From: Saccostrea cucullata
Lineage: Eukaryota
Reading direction: 5' to 3'
Length of the DNA: 64,000 nucleotides
Assembly: GCF_032062105.1 (NCBI RefSeq)
Contig: NW_026940736.1
Location: 744,001-808,000, forward strand
Part shown: piece by piece, positions 37,901 through 48,845 of the stretch
Numbering within the stretch: the stretch's first letter is position 1
How the letters are laid out: each line of letters opens with the position of its first letter
The notes under the pieces: generated by a model
What the model was told of the DNA's origin: nothing
The model's input: the letters and a program-made list of their open reading frames with translations, nothing else
Database searches by the model: none
Made by a program: the position numbers and the translations under genes

Positions 37901-40854
37901 GAAAAAGTTTCCTACTATTTAGGAGTCACATGATCATTTGTCATTACAGGGACAGGGAAATGGATTGGGAGATCGCCCCCTCAACACCCCCCCCCTCCCT
38001 TTCCCCCGGAATTTGCAGGACTATAATATGTACTGGAGGAAATAAAAATGACTTTGGATGCCCTAAGTGTCCCTCCACCCTAGAAAAGAGACCAAACCAT
38101 AACTTCTTTTTTTTCTTGCTTCTCAGGAAATTCTGGCTAAAAACCCCCCCCTACCCCCCCCCCCCCGTCCCTCCAAGAAAAAAAAATTCTGGATCTTGTA
38201 ACTGAATGTAACGTTGATAACGGGGGATAACTCTTCAGAATGTGAAATTCGTCTATTGTAGCATCGGATGACCTTTGATCCTTTAAACTTTAACCTAACC
38301 GTTTGCATTTCAGACTATTTTACCCAAATCTATACCAAAACTTGTACTTACCGATTGTTATTATTTAGGCCCTGTCATCTTCATGAAATATAATCCAGTT
38401 AAAACACAAAATGAAATAATTCCTACCGACATATATGCAAATATGCACACTAGTATCCTACTGCACGTGCAGTGAAATCTAAAATGATAATGCCAATGGT
38501 AAAACTAGTACTTAAGTTGGGTACGTGACGCAAGCCGAATGTGATGCAGGTGTATAGATACATGTATAGTGCAAGAACAAATTGAAAATTATCATTTACA
38601 AAAGATGTTTTATTTTAGCTTTGCAATCTAGGCCTATTTGCAAAAACAGACAAATAAGGTGTGTTTGTGTGTGTGTTGATGGGAGACGGGTGGGGGTTGA
38701 CTATTAAATTGATTGTGTATATGGCAGCTTTCAAGAAGTTTCTGCCTAATCAAATATAAATAAACTTTGCACATATTGAAAAATTCATCAAAAACGCTTT
38801 ACACTAATTTGAATAATATTATTTGTTGTTAATCTATATGAGAAAATAGATTTAAAATGTTCCAATTATGTGCCAAAAATCCTCCCCCCCCCCCCCCTTT
38901 ATCAAACCTAATTTACATCATTAATTAAATTCTGTAGTTTAATTTCCGACTGGTAATGAATTAAGAATATGAAATACCTGTAAAATGGAGGCCCATGGGT
39001 CACATGGTCACTAGCTGCAGGTCTGTAGCGTTATGGTTTTATATATTAGTCTTTGAATGCAGATCCTGTAATGCAAAAAAGGTGCAATTTACGGCGCAAT
39101 ATTTTTTGCGCACTTCTGGGGAGAATTTCTCCACTTTCCAGCATCGGTCAATTTACTACCTTTCACTCCCTAATTCTAGGCACATTATTTAATCAATCTG
39201 TATATTTTATCCATCTCCCAACCCTTTATAGTCGTCTCTACTTGAGATAAACTCGCTTGATTAAAATTATTTGTTAGATTGCTGAAAATTCACATCAAGC
39301 AAGTTTATTGCCTGTAGAGATTACTATAAATGACTGGGAGGTGGACAAAATATACATATTGGCCAGAGAATGTGTCTAAAATTAGGGAGTGAAAGGTAGT
39401 TGATTGCCTAAAGCTAGAAAGTGGAGAAATTCTGCCCAAAAGTGCTCAAAAAATATTACGCGTAAATTGCACCTTTTTTGCATATGGGGATCTGTAGCGT
39501 TATGATCAAAGACAAATATATAAAACCAGATCTGCAGCTACATGGTCACCTGAGCATATTATGCTCAATTTGATGAATACATGTATTATGTAAATTATTG
39601 AATTATATTGACTATTCATTGGCGGATCCAGAGGGGGGGGGGGGTCCGGGGGTTAACCCCCCCCCCCTTTATTTTTTGCCAAGTAGAGAGTGAGAGGGGA
39701 TAAAAAATTTTCTTAGATTATATATTTATAAGTCTTATTTATTGAATAGATAGATTCTCACACATTTAGTTTCCTCCAATCACCTTCTCTATTATATTTT
39801 TTATGAGAGAATGGTTGCGAGGTTTAATTTGATATTAGATTCCCGCGATCTTTGGCTGTGTTTGCTAAATATGTACCGTTTTTATCATATCTTGATCAAT
39901 TGAACGAACTAACATGTAACTCTTTGTTTTAAAGCCCACCCGCACCCCACCCCAAAAAGGTTTTTCAAATTCTTAAAGAAAATTCTTTATAATCTTCAAC
40001 AGTGTAACGTCCATTCAATTTTAAGGCTTCCGTAATTTTTGATTTTTATTTTTTTTTTGGCTTTGTTTTTATTTTGTTCGGAATGGGGGTACGCTTTTTT
40101 TGAAGGACATAAAACATAGATAGTATTTACCACAACCTTAGATCTTTCCATACAAGTCTGTGAATCTTTGCTTGAGAATATGTCGGGGGGGGGGGTTAGA
40201 GGGGCATAACCCTGGAACCCCCCTTTCAAAAATTGCTGGATCCGCCCCTGCTTTTTCCTTGGTAAAGCCCAATAAGAAGAAGTGTGCATTTAGAGGCAAA
40301 CACCTTAGTGCGGGTATTACTGTCTCATGACAGCATCTAGTCTTTGTTTGCGAAGACCCGATGATATTATATAGATACCCCTTTTTAAGACCATGTGAAC
40401 TATCAAGATCACAAGTACGTTTGTTTGTAATAAATCTGATACAAAATAAGATATTTGTATTCTGTAGGCGAACCTGTAAAACTTAACGTTTTAAATCCGC
40501 AGATGATATCGATTTTAGCCTTTGCAAGCCATAAGGAATATACAATTTGCATTCCCGCAAAGAAAAGTTAGTCTAAAGGTTTCCGCTTATTTACATAGGC
40601 TAATTCAGTTCAAAATATTAAGTTTCTCTGAAGAACAGATTTATAGATAATAGATCGAAATAAAGAATATATAGTCCTACCTCATTAATAAGAGCTGCTT
40701 CTTCTTCCTCGGTGAGCATAAAGGTTGGAAACTGGTATTTGACGGATTGGCGCCGTTTGAAGTCCTCTCTCTGACTCTCGAACTGAGCAGACGACTGGCG
40801 ACGCTGACTTCCGCCGGACATCGTCGACGGTCTGCGAGCTATGGAAACTGACAT
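31925..40854 (-). CDS. Uncharacterised basic protein, ~188 aa, 2 coding exons
   Basis: Exons 40854-40681 (MSVSIARRPST...AALINE|gtagga) and 32317-31925 (ttgcag|SNVSEEFIRREVFGPP...), joined in phase 0. Candidate upstream non-coding exons at ~41856-41917 and ending at ~42095. Confidence 0.75.
32833..33156 (-). mobile_element. Short HINE (Helentron-associated) with a single internal unit
   Basis: TTTTTATACCCTCCGC-TTGAAAA-GTGGGAGGGTATA hairpin, (CCGT)n microsatellite, and opposite end GCGGAGGGTAT...GAGCTCATTGCTC...CTAGTT. Confidence 0.8.
33908..34385 (-). mobile_element. Degenerate second copy of the same HINE family with two internal units
   Basis: Co-linear similarity to 32833-33156 (CCGCTTGAAAAGTGG, GGGGTACC.ATCTCTTAT, GTGCACCTCCTATTTTACTTTTTGATC present twice, GGAGGCGG.GGTATCAT). 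Confidence 0.75.
34893..36180. repeat. Tandem satellite, ~162 bp unit, ~8 near-identical copies
   Basis: CTTCCCTGAACTCCTCTTACATTTT recurs at ~35064, 35224, 35386, 35548, 35710, 35872 and 36034. Confidence 0.95.
39012..39540. mobile_element. Mutator-like (MULE) MITE with long TIRs and a 9-bp TSD
   Basis: ~175 bp imperfect TIRs from TAGCTGCAG to CTGCAGCTA, flanked by the direct repeat CATGGTCAC (39003-39011 and 39541-39549). Confidence 0.85.
39617..40250. mobile_element. Non-autonomous DNA element with GC-rich ends (hAT-like)
   Basis: TIRs CATTGGCGGATCCAG / CTGGATCCGCCCCTG with G/C-run subtermini. The interior 39845-39970 resembles the reverse complement of 26950-27045. Confidence 0.65.
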
Positions 40855-41103
40855 TTTCCTGTTTCATACCATCCTGCTGTAAATTACTAGTTGTCTGCTA
40901 TCAACATTTCCCGCCTGAAAGAAAAAGATAAAACTATAGCAAACTTTATCAAGAGACAGTTGCCAGGTAGTATACCAGTAGTAGAGGAAGCACTTCACTT
41001 TCCTTCCCCATTTATTTTAATTTTTACTTTTGATATCCAAATAATGTTTTATTGATAGCTTTCGAATCGTATTACATGTTTTCAACTATTTTGTTCTTAT
41101 ATG

Positions 41104-41196
41104 TACTGGTATTATTCTCTTTAGAGAATTTGACAGGCTTTCGCCTATATCCACGTAGGCAAAAGCCTGTCCACTTCTCTAAAGAGAATAGTACTG
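41104..41196. repeat. Palindromic foldback (~90 bp)
   Basis: TATTCTCTTTAGAGAA..GACAGGCTTTCGCCTA / TAGGCAAAAGCCTGTC..TTCTCTAAAGAGAATA. Confidence 0.7.
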
Positions 41197-42777
41197 GCGT
41201 GTGATTAATGAAAGGTACACTATTACCCGAAATTAATGAAATCAACAAAAAGATTTTTTAAGAAGAACTCGGTATACTAGTACATTCTTCAATAGAAGAC
41301 GATATGCATTCGACTTTACTCCTTAAAAATACTAATGTACTTAGATAGCTAGGTTTCCCAGTAAGACAAATTCTGTGGGTTCCAAAATTGTCCCCGTACT
41401 ATGACAAGGCAAACAAAACGAACAAATGGAGTGGAGTGGGGTCACGCGACTTCTGTCTTAGTAGATCTTGCAAGTTCTTTCCAAAACAGTGATGCAGCAT
41501 GTATATTTTTGACACGGGTTTCATTCTAAATGACATTTTGCCAATCTTTTGAAGTCAGTTTATGGCTATTTAAATCTATTACAGTTCCGAATAACAGTTA
41601 TTTCCGTTCATTTTTGAGCTTCGTTTTTTTTTAAATTGAATTTAAATTCTTTAAACATCTTGATAAATAGCATGGGCATAATGTAACCTTTTAATTAAAC
41701 ATGGGCTCCTTGATGTTTGTTTTTTTTCCATTGTAAAGATATCTATAAAATAATTATTCATATTTTGAATTGTATCCATTTAGAAGGTTTTGAAAATATT
41801 GAACCTTTTCAAAAAACTTTAAATTTAAAAAAGAAAATGCAGTACGTGTACTTACGTTTGTACTGAAATCTCTCTTCACATGCAGTCTTCTTCAATACGG
41901 TCTTGAGCCTCAAAGACCTAAATTTTAAATAGAATCAAGGCAAACATTTAATAAATAACAATAGATGCCTAAAGTCAATTAAGAGCCTCAGATTAGATCA
42001 GATCACTATACATATGACTTAACGACGGAACATTTCTATTTGTATATAAAGAAACAGTTACGAGTTCTTGCGTTAAAGAAAAAAATATACTTACCGGCTT
42101 TTAAAAGTCGCCAATCGTCCAGTGATTAACAAAAATAACTTTAATGCGCGGTTTTAGCATTTAATCCATAATTTGGTATTTAGACACCCGAATATGGAAA
42201 AATATATACGTGAGTTTGCAGTAATGTTGTTTAAATAGGGGACTGCCTCTAAGTAAAAATGGTAATGTTAGACGTCAGGAAATAGAACCATGGAGCAATA
42301 AAAATATATTTTACTTGAAACTGGTCGATAAAGGATATCTTACAAAGATGTTTAAGTTGTACACGTGAACATGAATTAAAAAATTCTTTAAATAATTTTG
42401 GAAATGTATTTAGTAGCTTGCATGAGGGCAATGTTCAGCCTTTGTCTTTAAGGACTATCCCTCTAACAGGAGAGATAACTCAAAATCCTACGATTTTCTT
42501 CTGCAAGAATTTTCACTATTTGTCTACAATTACACCCGGTATATTTTATTAAATTTGTTTGAATTTCATATCAAATCATTTAATTGCTATCTTGTCATGT
42601 ATCAGCTTCAATACATTATCACTACTGGTGTGTCGTGGTTGGCAAGCAATTGGTTGTTGAAACATCTCAAGTATTTGCAAGTAACATGTTTGCCCTTATT
42701 TTATATTTTTTCTTAGATCTCCTTCATGCCTCCTAAAAAGTTGGGATTATCTGCTCCCTTAAAATTGGCTCCTAAAC

Positions 42778-42882
42778 CACAGGCACTTGTTTCGGAAATA
42801 AATTTTTAACCCATAGTGTATAATGATAATGTTATTATTATACTATGGGTTTAAAAATTAATTTCCGAAACAAGTGCCTGTG
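42778..42882. repeat. Near-perfect palindrome (~105 bp), probably a foldback MITE
   Basis: CACAGGCACTTGTTTCGGAAATAAATTTTTAACCCATAGT... / ...ACTATGGGTTTAAAAATTAATTTCCGAAACAAGTGCCTGTG. Confidence 0.85.
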
Positions 42883-43359
42883 TCCTACATCCCATAAGTG
42901 GTGTATATTTTCTATCAGGAGTGTTCGATCGTTGCCTGCATTCAAATACGGAATTCTGTAGAGTTTGCACTCTCTTTTGAGTCGATGAAACCATTTATTA
43001 TGACAAATTTATGCAGTATGACAGGAATAAAACAATTACTTGAACTATGTTTTGTCGCTTTTTTTCATAGTTTTAGGTGAGATAAGTTGAAAATACGCGA
43101 TATGTGGAGTGATACGGTCCTTCAATGACATCAATAGATACAAAACCTATCTGTATGGGTGTGTGTAATTTGCCCATGTACTTTCACTTTCCCAGGAGTA
43201 AGACTGCTTAAAACCCTTGCGCTCTATGTTCCTTATCCACCAGGAACCAAAAGGAACCATGACGATTCCTGTACGTCGCACGCTTTGATAGATTTTGAAA
43301 ATTACCTTATATATCAAACAATTAGCGCTGAACACACACAATATAAGCCACCACTTTGG

Positions 43360-43620
43360 CATTTCTTGCAATGTAGTGATATCACCTATTCGAAAATGTG
43401 ACATCACTTTGTTAAATAGGTGATATCACTCAGTGAAATCAATTTAATCGGTGATATCATCCATTCAAATAGGTGATATCACGTTATCGAATAAGTGGTA
43501 CATTGTGTATCAACTATTGGAAATGAATTGGTGAAAAAACCTCATCACCAATTAGTTTTGAGTTTGGTAATATCACGTACTTGAATTAGTGATAATATAT
43601 CACTTATTTGCATTTCTTAC
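43360..43620. repeat. Degenerate short tandem repeat of GGTGATATCAC-like units
   Basis: About 10 copies of the GTGATATCAC palindromic core at ~20-25 bp spacing. Confidence 0.6.
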
Positions 43621-44017
43621 AACATTAAATTATGAAAAAAGACCCCAGGATCAGGAAACAGACTTAGACTTAATTCAAATTTTCAATAATAAGACATTTG
43701 TGAAGCAATTTTGAAAAATATTTTACTCTTGATTTGCTTTACTTCTACAAAATTACAATACAACATAAAGATTTTGACTTAAGCTTAAGATGTTTCATGA
43801 TCCCAGGGCCAGACGTTGCTTATTGGTGAGTTCACCTATTCGAAAAGGTGAAATCACTTAATTGCGGTAAATACCAAAAAGGTTTCTCGTACAATAAACA
43901 AATGCAGTCTAAGTAAAGTGTTCCAGAGTCACATCAAATGACTTTCACTCAGCTGAACCACATAAAATTAGGCAGCCTCATTGACTTCCTTGCCAGTTTT
44001 GAATAGTGTGTTTTAGG

Positions 44018-44215
44018 TTTTGTTTGTTTTGTATGTTGTTTAACGCCCCTCTTGAGAATTTTTCACTAATATGGAGACGCCACCACTTGCCGGTGGAGAG
44101 CTGCAAATTTTGTCCTATACTCAGCACTAACGTCCATTTGAGCAGTTAGGGATCTTTTTCGTGCCAGCACCAACTGCGACACGATACCTCGGTTTTTATA
44201 CAGTCTCATCCGACG
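44018..44215 (-). mobile_element. SINE fragment (bivalve type); partial second copy at ~37438-37497
   Basis: TTGTTT-type tail followed by TTTAACGCCCCTCTTGAGAATTTTTCACTAATATGGAGACGCCACCA..., repeated at 37440-37497. The family was recognised from memory only. Confidence 0.55.
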
Positions 44216-44329
44216 TCCTACAATGCTATATTACATCATCAGAACCCACATTATTCTCGTTACACTACTACATCATTTTAGTAACACTACTCTTGTGTTT
44301 AGATGATCATACTCATAGAGCATTAAAAC

Positions 44330-44729
44330 TAAAACAAGAGGCCCATGGGCCACATCACTCACCTGAGTAACTTTGGCCATGCTGTTCTTAAACAGATATC
44401 CCCCTTGTAAATACTGATTGTAAACCCTACCCGAAGGGGTCATGATTTGGACAATTTAAAATCTACACTATCCCAGGATGCTTTCACATAGGTTTAGCTT
44501 ATCTGGCCCAGTGGTTCTTGAGGAGAGGATTTTTAAAGATTTTTTCTTAAATATTTCAATGTAAAACTTGGACTCCCTATTATGGTCCCGCCCTACCCCG
44601 GGGGCATGATTTAAATAATTTACACTCTATACAACCCCAAGATGCTTTCATATAAGTTTCAGCTTTTCTGGCCCAGTGATGTAGATTTTTAAAGAGTTTT
44701 CCTACATATTTCAATGTAAAAAGAAAAAA

Positions 44730-44761
<32 letters not shown>
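44330..44761 (+). mobile_element. Truncated HINE with ~2 satellite units ending in a poly(A) run
   Basis: The 5' end AAACAAGAGGCCCATGGGCC...CACCTGAG matches the element at 59547. Two ~165 bp units follow, then a run of ~29 A. Confidence 0.7.
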
Positions 44762-44764
<3 letters not shown>

Positions 44765-45697
44765 CATATTGTGCCCAGTTAACTTTGTTTGGAATATGTC
44801 TTCTGTAATCAATTCATTATTGAATTACATATATGTATATTTTTAAACAACAAACCAGTTTAATTAAAAGGCATACTGGCTATTCAGAATATATTATTTT
44901 TACTGCTTAATCCTATTATAGATATCTGAGGTCAAGTTAAATGGTCAAACATTCATTTCCGAAGATTAGTTTTAGGAGTTGGCCAGCTATTGAGTTTAAG
45001 AAACATTTTTGTTGTCTATGCAATAGTATAAACATTTTTTTTAAAAGAAGAGGGTATACATTATATCAAAATCAAATTTCGAAGTTAAGTTCAAAGTCTA
45101 AAACTTTTAACCGTTATTAATGTTATGGAAATGTTTATCATATGGATTTTGTATAACATTACCATTTTCTTAAGAAGTCAATTAAAGGGTTGATGTTAAA
45201 TAAATATGAAGCAAAATATGATTCCACAAAAAGGCTTCCAACAATAGCTTCTTCATCTAATATTGGTTTAAGACGGACATACTTGGTTACATTGTTTAGA
45301 GAAATGTAGTTCATCTATTTAAATTTTAATTCTTAAAAAATTGTTGTAAATTAAACTGTTTTAGTGTCGAAGGGATAATTTGTAAATCGGGATTATAGGG
45401 GCACATTAACAACGACCAAAGCCGATTCTGAGAGCGAGTTAAAAGTTTAAAGAAAAACAAAACGACACTTTCATTTTTGATCAGAGAACAATGGAACCTC
45501 GCAGAAACCAGTCGTAGTTCACGGGAACAATTTAATTTTCAATTTTTGCTTGGAGAAAGATCTACGAAATATGGATCTTATCTCAAAGCAAACCACTGGA
45601 TAATGAAATTTTTGACAGGTGCTGAAAGTCGAAATTGAAAAGAAGAATTATCTTATGGGAATTATGTCAAGACCTGTTTGATTAAAAATTCTTCAGC

Positions 45698-46837
45698 ATG
45701 ACAGATACGAATAAAAAGCCCGTTGCAACAACGCGGCTGTGCATTAACCTACAAGGAGACAATGACGAAGATGGGACCACGCGGCCCTCCCCATTATGGA
45801 TTAATCCCCGTGTTGACGGGCGAATGAGAGAATCTGTGGACTTTTCCTCCTGGCTGAAACCTAACTGGCTTGACGAGCAGGGACAATTTTCTTACATTCG
45901 TACCCCTAGTCCGGGGGGTTACTCTTCGTCCGATGACGATACTGACTCTGAACAAAGTTTTCGACGATCAGACAGCAAAAAGAAAGGCATAAGTTTTGCG
46001 ACCGCAGTCACAGTAAACAAGGCGGCAAACCTATTCAGAAGTAGGACGCAGATACAGAAGAGACCGTCTATCGATAATAATTTTGATTTCCCCCGCAGCA
46101 AAACTTCAATTGGAATAGAGACATCGAATCCTAGCATTTCTAGGAACAAGAGTGTTCGCTGGATAGACGGTAATTCTCGGCAGGATAGGCGTGAGTCGTT
46201 TACAGAAGCACCAATGTTATCAAGGAGTAAATCGTTTTCGCATAATGAGCCCCTCAGTGGTCTATTTGACATTGCAAAAGCGGCGGGGAAAAGGAAACCT
46301 ATCTTACTAAATACTGGGTCCACTCTACCCTCCCCTGCCCCCTATAGTCTTTATTTATATGCAGAAACACCAAAGCCACCGCAAAAGAACAAAGAATTCA
46401 GGATTCCAAAGAAAAAACGGAACGGGAAGAGGCTCTGTAAAATTTCACCCATACCAGAAGAAGGAATCCATCGGCCAAAAATTGGCGACAGAAAAGTTTC
46501 AGATGATGAGTTAGAGGGCATTGTATCGAGGCTTGTTAGGCCAACGAATGCGAGTCGAGCGAGATCGGCTTCCATAAGCAGAGTATTTTTCGATGAAGCC
46601 GAAAAGAAACCACAGCCTCGCGTTCGAGTAGACTACCTCGTTTTCGAGCCAAATCGTTTTCGGGGATTGAAGAAAGTCAGAAGTGATGAACTGGAAGAGA
46701 TAACGGAGCGATTAAATACGTACGATATTGAGAGATGGCCTCCAAATTCTGCGAGAGAAGAAATTCGAAAATCGGTTCAGGACGATAAACTTGGTATTTT
46801 AAATAGCAACCGGTGGAAAGGAATTAAACATTGTTGA
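45698..46837 (+). CDS. Uncharacterised 379 aa Ser/Arg-rich, probably disordered protein (single coding exon)
   Basis: Long open frame with coding-like GC, ATG in CAGCATG context, and two C-terminal repeats KVSDDELEGIVSRL and KVRSDELEEITERL. Confidence 0.85.
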   Translation: MTDTNKKPVATTRLCINLQGDNDEDGTTRPSPLWINPRVDGRMRESVDFSSWLKPNWLDEQGQFSYIRTPSPGGYSSSDDDTDSEQSFRRSDSKKKGISFATAVTVNKAANLFRSRTQIQKRPSIDNNFDFPRSKTSIGIETSNPSISRNKSVRWIDGNSRQDRRESFTEAPMLSRSKSFSHNEPLSGLFDIAKAAGKRKPILLNTGSTLPSPAPYSLYLYAETPKPPQKNKEFRIPKKKRNGKRLCKISPIPEEGIHRPKIGDRKVSDDELEGIVSRLVRPTNASRARSASISRVFFDEAEKKPQPRVRVDYLVFEPNRFRGLKKVRSDELEEITERLNTYDIERWPPNSAREEIRKSVQDDKLGILNSNRWKGIKHC

Positions 46838-48845
46838 GATCAAAGTGTAGGGTAAATACGTGTTGAAATAATTTCACAAGGGATTTACAAATACCATTAA
46901 CAGATTCATGTTAATGAAAATTATTTGTATTCATTTGTGAACATACAAATATGAAATGACCAAATGCATGACATTTTTCAAGTAAGGAAGATTTGATATT
47001 GTGAGTGCAAAGTTTAAACATGTTCTAATGGTGCAGCTTTTTGAAAAGGCTTTTCTACGTCATTAATTTCATTTTTTGTCATCATCTTTTTATGATCAAG
47101 ACCAATAAATATTAGCAATGAAAACATTTAAGTTCTTGATTATTAATGTATTCTGCAAGGACAAAAGTAACCAAGCCCCATTGTTACTGAAAAAAAAATC
47201 TTAAGAATTATTTGGTTCTATTTCTGATCAAGGTTTATAGCTGCCTTTCTGAACTTTGCTCTAAGCATTGATAGTAAAGGGGAGATAAATAATAAAAGGT
47301 TAAAATAAAATGCGTGTCATTTAAAATTCTTCCTATGAACCTTAGAGCTAGGAAAGAAAACAAAAAATAAATAAAATGGGCCATTGTTAAAAATGTTTTA
47401 AGAAACCACTGAGCTTGGAAAGAAAAAAAATTATGAAAAATTCTTTATTCATTTTATATCCATATTTATTCAAACTTATGCTCAGAAAATTATCTCAAGA
47501 AGTTATTATGCAATCATTATTATGAACTTTATATTCAACTTTATCAAAAAAAAAAATTCCCATTGATAATAAATGTGTTCTGTTTTTTCCTGATTAATAC
47601 ATGTATTATAGTAAAGCTCCAAAGAGGGTGTAAAATAAATTCAGAAGAACATATTCGTGAAATTTTGAAAAATCAAAATTAAAGCTTTGATAATTGAATA
47701 AGTTGAAACTAAAATAATCTTGTATAATATCTTTTCAAATATCTTCAATATATAAATAAATCAACAAATTAATAAAGCATTATTATATGCAAGCATTTAT
47801 ATGTAGTGAAGATTGAATTAAATATCTTAAGATCCCATATTTTCATGGGGTCAAATGTTCAAGGTTTGATGAAAAAAATATTTATTTGTGGAGATTTGAT
47901 TTCATTAGAGAATTTTTAGTAGTAATGAAAATGAAATTTTAAATTTCGTGGTGGCCATGAATTTGTGGGTCTCTCAAGCTCCATACAATATAAACAATGA
48001 AAATTAACACACACACACACACACACCCGACCGAAAATTAGTGATTTCCCAGTGTGTTGAAGTCATATGGCTCAACAGAGTTGGGCTAAAATGGCAGTTT
48101 TCAAATCACAGAGGAATATGTAAGCTATCTCAATACTACAACAATAAGATTATGATGTGCAAAGATGATAACAGGTGGCCTACTATCCATTAAAATGTTG
48201 GAAATGTTTGTCAAGATTGGAACAATTGACTAAAAACAACATCATTTTTATGTTCATCATCTACTCGCATAAACATTTCATAAAAAGTACAATAATGTCT
48301 TGCAGCAAAATAAATTTCACAAAATACTCAAACAAAAAGTATTAAAGATTAACTTCATTTGAATCCTTGCCAAATCTCTAATTCTTGCCCTTGAGTTATT
48401 TATCTAGGATTAGGAGTAAATACATACAACCCATATTTTGAACATACCGGTAATTAAGATATTGAAACGATTTCATTGTTTCATAATTTCTAGACTAATT
48501 ATAATAGTCATAAGATTTGTCTTAAGAGGTGTATCAGTGTGAATAAGCGAGAAAAAAAATGTGACTGGATTTTTTTCTTTTCTCAATTTTATTAAATACT
48601 TTATTTTTTATAAGTAAATTACAAACAAATTAAGAATTAAAATCAAGATGTAGCTTCTGCAGATATATCACTAATTTCTTAATTATTTTTTTTTTCAAGC
48701 AAGGAAAACATTTTGAAAAAAAATAATATCTTAACAAGACAAAAGGTAAAACTGAAGGCAAAAAATTAACTACCTATAGGAACTATAGGAAAAAATAACA
48801 AAAGTTTTTAAAAGATACAAAAATAAAAATAAATCGTTGTTCAAA

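Larger units (their letters stand above)
34792..40341 (-). mobile_element. Large composite HINE (~5.5 kb) with a satellite array and nested elements
   Basis: Left end TTTTTTATACCCGCACTTTC...GAAAGTTCGGGTATA plus (CCGT)n. The matching subTIR AGTGCGGGTAT (40307-40317) is followed by hairpin CTGTC-TCAT-GACAG and CTAGT. Same architecture as 32833-33156. Confidence 0.65.
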
